NCBI GenBank assembly: GCA_963841075.1
Contig: CAWJBA010000014.1
Location: 21,328 to 85,327, forward strand
Direction of reading: 5' to 3'
DNA from: Terriglobia bacterium
Lineage (GTDB): Bacteria > Acidobacteriota > Terriglobia > Terriglobales > Acidobacteriaceae
Length of the DNA: 64,000 nucleotides
In this document: positions 1 through 8,378 of the stretch, in pieces
Layout of the letters: each line of letters starts with the position of its first letter
Numbering within the stretch: position 1 is the first letter of the stretch
The notes under the pieces: model-generated
Databases searched by the model: none
Seen by the model: the letters and a program-made list of their open reading frames with translations, nothing else
Told to the model about the DNA's origin: nothing
Program-made: the position numbers and the translations under genes

Positions 1-359
1 ATGCGGTGCTGGCGGAAGTGGCCCGCCGGTTGAAGTCGGACCTCAGGCTCTACGACGTGGCCGGACGCTATGGCGGTGAAGAGTTCATCCTGGTGCTGCC
101 GGGTTGCGATCTTCAAACCACGGCACGCCGCGCCGACGAAATCCGGCGACGGGTCGCGCGGGATAAAATCTCGACGCCTGCGGGATCGGTTTCCGTGACC
201 GTAAGCATGGGCGTGACCGCCACCTGCGGCGATTCGGATTCGACCCTGGAGACTCTGCTGCAGAGCGCCGACTCCGCTCTCTACCGGGCGAAGAAAGCCG
301 GCCGCAATCGGGTCGATGGCTTCTCGCTGAATCTCCACGTCGACAAAACACCCAGATAG
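1..359 (+). CDS. GGDEF-domain diguanylate cyclase, C-terminal fragment (5' end outside window)
   Basis: ORF is open to the window edge. Translation has the RYGGEEF active-site motif and a typical GGDEF C-terminus (ADSALYRAKKAGRNR). Confidence 0.85.
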   Translation, partial: AVLAEVARRLKSDLRLYDVAGRYGGEEFILVLPGCDLQTTARRADEIRRRVARDKISTPAGSVSVTVSMGVTATCGDSDSTLETLLQSADSALYRAKKAGRNRVDGFSLNLHVDKTPR

Positions 360-489
360 CATCAGGCGAAACGGCGTCGCGTCGCATCACGCGCTCGCGT
401 CGCAACCGCTGTTTGCAGGCACGCGCCACCGCCCAGCCGACGCGCCATGTGCACGTCGGCTCGCTGTTGCCCGCCTTTGTCGCTGACTC

Positions 490-1053
490 TTACGCTTTGA
501 TGAATTGAATATCGAGGGTAATCGCGACCTCGTCGCTCACCATAAATCCACCGGTTTCGAGCGCCGCGTTCCAGGTCAAGCCGAAGTCCTTCCGGTTGAT
601 GCGCGTGTTGGCAGATAGCCCGATTCGCGTGTTGCCCCACGGGTCCTTCATGGGAGCGCTCGGTCCATCAACCTCAAGAACTACATTGCGCGTGACGCCG
701 TGGATGGTCAGGTCGCCTGCAACTGTCAGTACGCCGTCTTTGTTCTTTGATACGCGAGTCGATTTGAAGCTCAGCGTGGGAAATTTCTCTACGTCGAAGA
801 AATCCGCGCTCTTAAGGTGACTATCCCGCTGCGCATCGCCGGTGTTGATCGACGTGGCATCGATAGAAACCTCGACGCCGGACTTCGTAATGTCTGCTTC
901 GTTATGGTTCAACTTGCCGGTAACGCCTTTAAATTCTCCCTTAACATTGGAGATCATCAAGTGCCGGACTTTGAACTCAGCATGAGAATGGATGGGATCG
1001 ATGTTCCAGGTTGTGGTGGTAGCGGTGAGTTCAGGTGCAGTCAGTGTGCTCAT
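490..1053 (-). CDS. YceI-like protein
   Basis: 187 aa. WNIDPIHSHAEFKVRHLMISNVKGEF near the N-terminus and the overall length are typical of the YceI family. AGGAGG lies 7 nt upstream of the ATG. Confidence 0.8.
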   Translation of the reverse strand: MSTLTAPELTATTTTWNIDPIHSHAEFKVRHLMISNVKGEFKGVTGKLNHNEADITKSGVEVSIDATSINTGDAQRDSHLKSADFFDVEKFPTLSFKSTRVSKNKDGVLTVAGDLTIHGVTRNVVLEVDGPSAPMKDPWGNTRIGLSANTRINRKDFGLTWNAALETGGFMVSDEVAITLDIQFIKA

Positions 1054-1221
1054 AGGTGAATCCTCCTGTTATACAGATGATCGTTATAACGAATAGATTC
1101 AGGATTCACCCAGATTTACGGCGCCAGGATTTCCCGGCCTGTTGACATTCGAGCCTTATTTTCCTATCTACAAGATAATAATAGGTATATAAACACGCCA
1201 ATTGCCAGTTTTGGCCTGAAT

Positions 1222-2823
1222 CTAGGGTTTCGATCCTGGGTAGACCAGATGCCGCACCGTCGGCGTCCCGCGAACCAGGCTCTGCACTCGCTCCTCCACC
1301 TGGCTATCAGCGCGAGTAAGGCGTTCATGCTGGCGCAAGTGTTCGGCCCAGGAATCCACCAGAAACGTCTCCAGGTAGTGGCTTGGATTTTCGAGGTCGC
1401 GAAAAATTCCCCACTCAAAGGCACCGTCGCGGCGGCGGATGCGTTCGTACTTGTGCATCGCCTCAAGGAAGTTCTCTTCTTTTTGTGGGTCGACCTCATA
1501 TTCGACGGTGACGAGAATTGGGCCGGCATCAGCGAGGCTCGAATTCTGATCCAGCAGATTGGGTGTCCTCCAACGGGCCCAGGGCGTGAGATCAGCGGTG
1601 GCATCGGGCAGCTTGAAGAACAGGCCTAGCCCGGCGGTGGCGATGATGCCGGCGCCAGCCCACAGCAGCGCGGGATGAATGCCGATTCTCCCTGCCAGTG
1701 CACCCCATGCGGCGCTGCCGCCGGCCATCGCTCCCTGAAACACCAGCATTGACACTGCGAGCACCCGCGCCCGCACCCAGTCAGGAGCGAGGTTCAGGAC
1801 AAGTACGTTGAACAGCGAGATGAAGACGATCCAGGCTGCGCCCGAGATGATCAGGCTTGCTCCGAGTGCGGGCAAACGATGCAATATCCCGGCAGCGATG
1901 GTGCCCAGTCCAAAAATCACGACTCCGCCCGACACGACAACTTCCGCGGACCAGCGGGCCCGGGCTCTTTGCATGAGCACCGCGCCCAGCACGGCGCCGA
2001 GGCCGAAGCAGCCAAGCAGAAGTCCATAGCCCAGCGGGCTATCGCTGACGCCGTGAGCCACGGAAGGCAGCAGCGCCAGAAGCGCGCTGGCGAAGAACAT
2101 GCCCGCTCCCGACCGAAGCAGCACGGTGCGCACCCCCGGGGAATAGCGCACATAGCGGATGGCCGCCGCGGTCGCGCCGCCCAGAGTTTCCGCCGGCCCC
2201 GATCGTTTGCGATGAGGACGCTTCCACCGCGCGACGACCACGATCACTCCAATAAAGGATGCCGCGTTGATGGCAAATGCTGTGCCCACGCCCGCCGCCG
2301 CGATGACCACTCCGGCCAGCGCCGGCCCGACCGCCCGGGCAAAATTGAACTCGATGCCGTTGAGCGCCGACGCGGATGCGAGGTCTTCATTGGGAACCAG
2401 TTCGGGCAATGCCGCCCGCCAGCTTGGGCTCTCGAACGCATCTCCCGCGGACAGGGCAAACGTAAGCAGCAGCAACAGGGGCGGAGTGATGAGTCCGCCG
2501 ATGGTCACACCGGCAAGCACGACAGCAACGCCCGCCATCCACACTTCGGTAAACAAAATCAATTTCCGGCGATCGACAATGTCTCCAATAGATCCTGCCG
2601 GCAGGGCAAAAACAAAGAAGGGAAGGGCGCTTGCCGTCTGGGTCAGGGCGACATAAAGGGGGCCAGCGTGGAGCGACACCATGAGCCAGGCCGCACCCAC
2701 GCTTTGCATGAAGGTGCCCATGTCGGAGACGACATCGGCAAACAGAAGATTGCGAAATGTGGGCCCGCGCAGGGGCCGCCACAGGGTGGGTACGTCCTTC
2801 GATTCGTGGCTGGCTACACTCAA
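1222..2823 (-). CDS. MFS transporter with a ~100 aa soluble C-terminal extension
   Basis: 533 aa. About 430 aa of Gly/Ala-rich hydrophobic segments are followed by a hydrophilic tail (VTVEYEVDPQKEENFLEAMHKYERIRRRDGAFEWGIFRDLENP...). The first codon is TTG, so the 5' end is uncertain. Confidence 0.75.
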   Translation of the reverse strand: MSVASHESKDVPTLWRPLRGPTFRNLLFADVVSDMGTFMQSVGAAWLMVSLHAGPLYVALTQTASALPFFVFALPAGSIGDIVDRRKLILFTEVWMAGVAVVLAGVTIGGLITPPLLLLLTFALSAGDAFESPSWRAALPELVPNEDLASASALNGIEFNFARAVGPALAGVVIAAAGVGTAFAINAASFIGVIVVVARWKRPHRKRSGPAETLGGATAAAIRYVRYSPGVRTVLLRSGAGMFFASALLALLPSVAHGVSDSPLGYGLLLGCFGLGAVLGAVLMQRARARWSAEVVVSGGVVIFGLGTIAAGILHRLPALGASLIISGAAWIVFISLFNVLVLNLAPDWVRARVLAVSMLVFQGAMAGGSAAWGALAGRIGIHPALLWAGAGIIATAGLGLFFKLPDATADLTPWARWRTPNLLDQNSSLADAGPILVTVEYEVDPQKEENFLEAMHKYERIRRRDGAFEWGIFRDLENPSHYLETFLVDSWAEHLRQHERLTRADSQVEERVQSLVRGTPTVRHLVYPGSKP

Positions 2824-3044
2824 CCGCGTGCTCCCGACTACCGCGTTATAGATTATTCTCGACCGAGGTGGTCGCTCTTAAAGAGTTAACGAATATTCAT
2901 CGTATATGTCCAGCGTCGCGTGGGTTGGGGCTCGAGTCCGGCTCGACCGGTTGCATGAGCTTTGAGCGCCCTACTGGGATCAGCTAGACTTTGGCACTAG
3001 ACGCCGATTTCTTGGCGGAAAAATCCTTTTGACCAGGAGCTTGG

Positions 3045-4043
3045 ATGGATCGAAAGTCGTCTCATGAGGCTCAGCGACCGAAGGTCCTGATTACCCGGCC
3101 CATCCAGCAATCGGTGATCGATCGGATTTCCGAGCATTGTGATGTTCAGGTCCACACCGTAGACGAGCCGATGCCGCCTGAATTACTCCTACCGGCTATG
3201 CGCGATGTAGACGGCGTAATGCCCGCCGGAGTGCGAATCAGCCGCGAGATCATCGAGGCATCGCCTCGATTGCGCGTGGTATCGAACATTGCCGTCGGTT
3301 ACGACAACATCGATCTGGAGACCTGCAACCGCAGGCACATTCTGGTCACCAATACTTCTGACGTGCTTACCGAAGCCACGGCTGACCTCGCTTTCGCCCT
3401 CCTGTTGGCTGCCGGACGTCGAGTCGCAGAGGGTGATCGCTACGTGCGCGGCGGGCAATGGAAGCACTGGCAATGGAATTTTTTATGGGGTACCGAAATT
3501 CACGGCAAGACCCTGGGACTCTTCGGCTTCGGCCGGATCGCCCAGGCCGTGGCCCGCCGGGCGCGCGGATTCTCTATGGGCATCCTTTATCACGCTCGCC
3601 ATCGCGTCGCTGCCGGCATCGAAAAAGAATTTGCGGCGGAATTCGTGGACCGCGAAACCCTGCTGCGGCAATCTGATTTTCTAAGCCTGCATGTTCCGCT
3701 GACTCCGGAGACTCGCCATGCTATCGGAGCATCCGAGCTGGCGCTGATGAAGCCCAGCGCTTTTATCATCAACGCCGCGCGCGGGCCCGTCATCGACGAA
3801 GAGGCCTTGGTCCAGGCTCTGCAAGCCGGCGGGCTGGCCGGCGCCGGTCTCGATGTTTTTGAGAACGAACCCAAGCCGCATCCCGCGCTGATGACTATGG
3901 AGAACGTGACCATGACGCCGCACGTAGGAAGCGCCACCGCCGAAACCCGCCTGCAAATGGCGCTGCTGGCCTCCAAGAATCTCCTGGCCGCACTGCGCGG
4001 AGAGCGTCCTCCGAATCTGGTTAATCCGGAAGCCCTCAAGTAA
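3045..4043 (+). CDS. D-isomer-specific 2-hydroxyacid dehydrogenase (glyoxylate/hydroxypyruvate reductase-like)
   Basis: 332 aa. NAD fold GLFGFGRIAQAV, then NAARGPVIDEEAL and TPHVGSAT segments typical of the family. AGGAG upstream of the ATG. Confidence 0.85.
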   Translation: MDRKSSHEAQRPKVLITRPIQQSVIDRISEHCDVQVHTVDEPMPPELLLPAMRDVDGVMPAGVRISREIIEASPRLRVVSNIAVGYDNIDLETCNRRHILVTNTSDVLTEATADLAFALLLAAGRRVAEGDRYVRGGQWKHWQWNFLWGTEIHGKTLGLFGFGRIAQAVARRARGFSMGILYHARHRVAAGIEKEFAAEFVDRETLLRQSDFLSLHVPLTPETRHAIGASELALMKPSAFIINAARGPVIDEEALVQALQAGGLAGAGLDVFENEPKPHPALMTMENVTMTPHVGSATAETRLQMALLASKNLLAALRGERPPNLVNPEALK

Positions 4044-4125
4044 GGGACTCTGATATCTTGCTGATCCGATTTTCCTGCCAGAGAGGCTGCGGTTTTCCAA
4101 GGGAGCTGAGAAGAGCAGAGTCGAT

Positions 4126-4713
4126 CTAGGAACTGGCCTGCATGAACGCGCTCTTGCTCAGGGCCTTGGCGGCCAGTTCAAGTTGCTGCAGGTCGTCGAG
4201 AGTGAAATCGGGGCCGGACGACGCCAGGTCGAAGCCTTTGTGGCAGATTTGAATCACTCCCAGCACTCTTTCCGCCTTGTCCATGACCGGCGCTGACATC
4301 AGTTTATGAATTGTGGCGGGACGAAGCTCCCCACCTTCATTTTTGTCTCCACCCGGCTTGATGCTCTCAAAGATGCTGGCATGTTTCACCCGAGTGAAGT
4401 TGTTGAACAGCTCGATTTTTTTGGTGACCGCGGTATGCGCCGCAACCGCGGTTGAGCTGGAAATCGGAATCGATCCTGCCGTGCTGAGCTCGAAAGGACA
4501 GAGAAACTTCAGCAGCCCGCTCTCCAGACGAAGCAGGGCAACCTCGTTAGGCAGCACTTTGAAGATCTTGGAAAGTTCGATACAGCATTGATCGGGAGTG
4601 GTGGCCTGGGCGAGCCGGCGTTCCATGGCGCCACGATCGCGCGCGGGCGCGGTTGCGGCCCCGGCCGCACCCTGACTCGAAGATCCGTCTTCTCGTTCCA
4701 TAGGGTCGCACAC
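4126..4713 (-). CDS. stand-alone GAF-domain protein
   Basis: 195 aa ORF. The C-terminal ~150 aa has a GAF-like pattern (LMSAPVMDKAERVLGVIQICHK). Start choice among several in-frame Met is uncertain. Confidence 0.5.
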   Translation of the reverse strand: MCDPMEREDGSSSQGAAGAATAPARDRGAMERRLAQATTPDQCCIELSKIFKVLPNEVALLRLESGLLKFLCPFELSTAGSIPISSSTAVAAHTAVTKKIELFNNFTRVKHASIFESIKPGGDKNEGGELRPATIHKLMSAPVMDKAERVLGVIQICHKGFDLASSGPDFTLDDLQQLELAAKALSKSAFMQASS

Positions 4714-4835
4714 TTGCGGAGAACATCTTCCCGCTACCCAATGCTGACGTCATATGGATTTGCTATCAAGTTACGGAGGTACTTTGGCCCACATTGCAGC
4801 TGGCAGAGTCTGCCGCGGTCAGGTTCCGGCGGCCG

Positions 4836-5210
4836 TCAGGAGGTCAGCGGGAAGCGCTTTTCCCGCCAGCCCCGAATGCCGCCGTCCATGGAGAGTACGT
4901 TGGTATAGCCCATCTTTTGCAGATTGTCGGCGGCCAGAGCGGAACGATATCCGCCGCCGCAATAGAGTACGAGAGGCGCGCCTAAATCGGGTACGCGTTC
5001 CTCAATGTCGCGTTCGATGACGCCCTTGCCCAGGTGAATGGCCCCCGGTAAATGGTCTTTGGCGTACTCGCTTTCTTCCCGGACGTCCACCAGAACAAAT
5101 TTGTCGCCGCGATCAAGTCGCCTCTTGACCTCGTCGATGCTTACTTCTTTGACGCGTTTTTTGACGTCTTCAACGATATGCAGAAAGCGAGGAGAATGCT
5201 GGTGCGCCAT
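4836..5210 (-). CDS. rhodanese-domain sulfurtransferase
   Basis: 124 aa. Active-site loop CGGGYRS, plus LVDVREESEY and GHLPGAIHL segments. Confidence 0.85.
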   Translation of the reverse strand: MAHQHSPRFLHIVEDVKKRVKEVSIDEVKRRLDRGDKFVLVDVREESEYAKDHLPGAIHLGKGVIERDIEERVPDLGAPLVLYCGGGYRSALAADNLQKMGYTNVLSMDGGIRGWREKRFPLTS

Positions 5211-5361
5211 AAGGCTCCGTCCGGGACAGGGTTTAAAGGTGTATTTTAGCGAAAATTGCGAACCCAGGCCGGAAGGGGTGCACGGTAACGACGGAAGGGT
5301 AGAAGGAAGAAGCAGACAAGCCCTGATGCAACCCGGCCAATGCTAATCGCCAATTGCTGAA

Positions 5362-5787
5362 CTATTCTCCGGCGCCGGCAGCCGCCTCGGACGCCTGATC
5401 TTCGTCGAGAGTAACAGCGGAAGGAGAAGCCAGAAATTTCTCCAAATCAGCTTTTAGTTTCAGCTGGTCGTCTTCGCCGAGGTCGGTAAACTCAAAGGGC
5501 TGCAGACAACCCTGGGTGGCCCACATAGGAAAACGCATCGCGGCTTTGCTCCGCACCGTGCTGCCGCCGACGTGAAACATGACCTCGGCTTTGATGCCTT
5601 CATCCAGCGGAGATTCCAGGTGGAGCAAGCCGCCGGTGAAGGAGAGTTGATGCAGGCGAGCTCTTATCTGTCGTCCGTTTTCCAGCCGCACCAGAGCCAG
5701 AATGGTTCCAGCCAGCTTGACCCGTGGTCCGCGCCGGGCATCACTTGCCTGTTTGGAATGAGGCATACGTCCCTGCCAGTATGCCAT
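5362..5787 (-). CDS. PilZ-domain protein (putative c-di-GMP receptor)
   Basis: 141 aa. RRGPR (RxxxR) is followed ~30 aa later by QLSFTGG (D/NxSxxG-like). Confidence 0.5.
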   Translation of the reverse strand: MAYWQGRMPHSKQASDARRGPRVKLAGTILALVRLENGRQIRARLHQLSFTGGLLHLESPLDEGIKAEVMFHVGGSTVRSKAAMRFPMWATQGCLQPFEFTDLGEDDQLKLKADLEKFLASPSAVTLDEDQASEAAAGAGE

Positions 5788-5981
5788 TGCCAGCTAAATG
5801 GCGGCATATTACGAAAGAGCGCGGCCTTCCTGTGTGCCGAATTGTATTTGTCGGTTGGTCTGTTCTCAGGGGGAGAACGGCAAACCTGCGGTTTCGCGAC
5901 CGAAAGCGCATTTCAGGTAAGCATCGGGCGATTACCGGGGTTACTTTACCTGTTGCCGCTGCCACCGTAAGCTGCGGCCTT

Positions 5982-6755
5982 ATGGCGTTCAATGCCCTGC
6001 TGATGTGCCGCGAAGAAAAACATCTGCGAGTCCTGGGAAAGGCTCTCGACGGGGTGGGCATGGAGCAGGAAGTCTGCCTGTCGGCGTCCGAGGCCCTCGA
6101 CCTGACGGTGCAGAGGCACTACTCGGCGCTGGTTATCGACTTCGATCAGCCTGGGGCGGCCACGGTGGCCCGGATGGCACGCCTGGCGCCGTCGCGGCGC
6201 CGGCCGGTTATCTTCGGGATGATCGGGGCGCTCACTGAAATCGCCGACGCCTTTCAAGCCGGAGCGAACTTTATCTTTTATAAGCCGCTCGCGGTCGAGC
6301 AGATCGTTCGTTGTCTGCGCGCCGGCCGCGGCTTTATGCGTCCGGACCGCAGGAAAACGGCGCGGCAGAGTCTGGAATCGCTCGTCTATCTTCAGTTTGG
6401 CATTGCGTCGCTGCCGGCAATGGTGCTCGATTTGAACAAGAACGGTCTCGCGCTGCAGGCTCCCGAGCCTTTGCCGCCAGTGCAGCAAGTACCGCTGCGC
6501 TTCGTTTTGCCCGGGACCAGTCACATGGTGGAGGGTCTGGGCGAGGTAATCTGGGCGGACGATGGCGGACGCGCCGGCATGCTCTTCTCCCGCCTGACCC
6601 CGGCGTCAAGAAAATATCTGAAACAGTGGTTCGTGAAGCGGGACTCCAAAAAGAGTCTTGCCTTGCGTCCCGCGCTGCGGGCTCGAACCGAAAAAGTCCG
6701 AACCGAGAAGGTCCGAGCCGAAAGAGTTCGCCGCGCCGCGGCGGGTTCGCACTAA
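5982..6755 (+). CDS. receiver-like domain fused to PilZ domain
   Basis: Internal ATG at 5982 of track ORF 5724..6755. N-terminal ~115 aa is receiver-like (ALVIDFD, FIFYKPL). C-terminal part has RRKTAR plus DLNKNG PilZ motifs. The tail is lysine/arginine-rich. Confidence 0.6.
   Translation: MAFNALLMCREEKHLRVLGKALDGVGMEQEVCLSASEALDLTVQRHYSALVIDFDQPGAATVARMARLAPSRRRPVIFGMIGALTEIADAFQAGANFIFYKPLAVEQIVRCLRAGRGFMRPDRRKTARQSLESLVYLQFGIASLPAMVLDLNKNGLALQAPEPLPPVQQVPLRFVLPGTSHMVEGLGEVIWADDGGRAGMLFSRLTPASRKYLKQWFVKRDSKKSLALRPALRARTEKVRTEKVRAERVRRAAAGSH
6684..6728. repeat. 3 x 15 bp in-frame tandem repeat (encodes R/K-TEKV-like units)
   Basis: cgaaccgaaaaagtc / cgaaccgagaaggtc / cgagccgaaagagtt, read directly. 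Confidence 0.7.
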
Positions 6756-6840
6756 CCCTTCCGTTTTGGTCCTGGCTGGGCCGCGCAGGGCTCTCTCCTC
6801 CACATGCTAGACTCACTTGTCTCCTCATCATTAAGAGCGC

Positions 6841-8378
6841 ATGCCCGGACTAACTTTCCTTTCTGCCGTATCCATGGCTGAGCAAATCCGGGAGAAAAAA
6901 CTTTCGCCGGTCGAACTGGTCGAAGCGCATCTCACCCGGATCCAAGAGCTGAATCCCAGGCTTAATGCCTTTGTCCATGTCGATGTCGATGGCGCGCGAA
7001 GGCAGGCGCGCGTGGCCGAAGCCGCGGTGCGCAACGGAGAAGAATTGGGAGCCCTTGCACGGCGTTCCGCTCAGCATCAAGAGTTCGATACAAGTCGCCG
7101 GTTTGCGTTGGGAAGCCGGAACCAGACTGCGGGCCGGAATCGTGGCTGAACGAGATGCCCCGCTGGTGGCCCGACTGCGCCAGGCAGGCGCCGTCATTCT
7201 CGGCGTCACCAATGCTCCCGAACTGCTCATGGCATGGGAGACCGACAATCTTCTTTATGGGCGGACGAATAATCCCTGGGATCTGGCGCGCACGCCGGGC
7301 GGATCGAGTGGCGGGGAAGCGGCGGCGATCGCGGCCGGCATGTCCGCTGGAGGAGTAGGCAGCGATGGCGGCGGATCGATTCGCGAGCCCGCCCACTTCA
7401 GCGGAATCTGCGGCTTGAAACCCACTCCCGGCCGCATACCTGCGACCGGACACTTTCCTGAGTCCGTCGGTCCGTTTGCGCTGCTTGGGCGTCGTCGGAC
7501 CCATGACGCGGACGATGAGCGATCTGAAAATCATGTTTGAAGTCCTGCAGGGTCCTGACGATGGCGATCCCTCGGCGGCGCCGGTGCCGCTTCGCTGGCC
7601 CGGGAAGGATGATTTGAAACGCGTCCGTATCGGTTATTTCGAGGACGACGGACGGACGCCTGTGACCCTGGAAACACGCGCCGCAGTTCGAACCGCTGCG
7701 GAAGCATTGCGGCACGCCGGCTTTCAGGTAGAGCCTTTCCGGCCCGAGGGACTTGAGCACGCCCGCAAGCTGTGGTGGCAGCTGTTCGGCATCGCCGGCG
7801 GGATGATGCTTGGTCCCATGACCAAAGGCCGCGAAGCGGAACTGAGTCCGATGCTCAAAGAATTCTCCCAGGGGGTGGCCGCTCAGCCTTCTCATACAGG
7901 CGAATCTTTGCTTGAAACCTGGATCCAGCGCGATGTGGTGCGCATGCAGGTCTTTGCCCAGATGCGGGATTATCCCGTGCTGCTCTGTCCGGTGGCTTCG
8001 ATTCCCGCATTCCGGCACGGCGAGCGCAGCTGGCAGGTCGAGGGAAAAACGGTGCAGTATCTTGATGCCTGGAGCTATACCGAGTGGTTCAATCTGCTCG
8101 GAACTCCAGCCGTCGTCGTGCCGGTGGGCAAGTCACCCGAAGGCTTGCCCATCGGAGTGCAGATCGTGGCGGGTCCCTGGCAGGAGGAGTTGGTCATTTC
8201 AGTCGCTGCGGCTTTGGAAGATCAACTCGGTCCGCTACGGGCATCCGATTATAACGTAGCGCCGGCGTCCCGCCGGCTGTCTGGCGGGCGTCCGCCGCCC
8301 ATCGGGCCGGCCGGAGGCCGGCGCTACCCTGGCTCTGCCCCTACGCATGCATTTGTGGTTTACTTATTTCTGGCATGA
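6841..8378 (+). pseudogene. amidase (amidase-signature family) with two +1 frame breaks
   Basis: Three overlapping ORFs in frames 1, 2 and 3 (6841.., 6965.., 7476..) join into one amidase. It carries GGSSGGEAAAIAAG...GSDGGGSIREPA. Breaks lie near 7047-7052 and 7478-7490. The 3' end reads through a palindromic repeat, so the true stop is uncertain. Confidence 0.8.
8256..8327. repeat. GC-rich palindromic repeat, family C copy 1
   Basis: GTAGCGCCGGCGTCCCGCCGGC...GGCCGGCCGGAGGCCGGCGCTAC with self-complementary termini. Related copies at 37141 and 59812. Confidence 0.75.

Noticed and set aside
2985-3000. TGGCAC upstream of the dehydrogenase gene as a sigma-54 promoter (also TGGCAC at 52265)
   Set aside because: There is no GC dinucleotide at the required 12 nt spacing.
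8200-8378. C-terminal ~50 aa of the amidase as real protein (…RRLSGGRPPPIGPAGGRRYPGSAPTHAFVVYLFLA)
   Set aside because: This tail is the translation of palindromic repeat C1. The true stop is probably in another frame nearby (TAA/TAG at ~8252-8259) and is masked by an additional indel.
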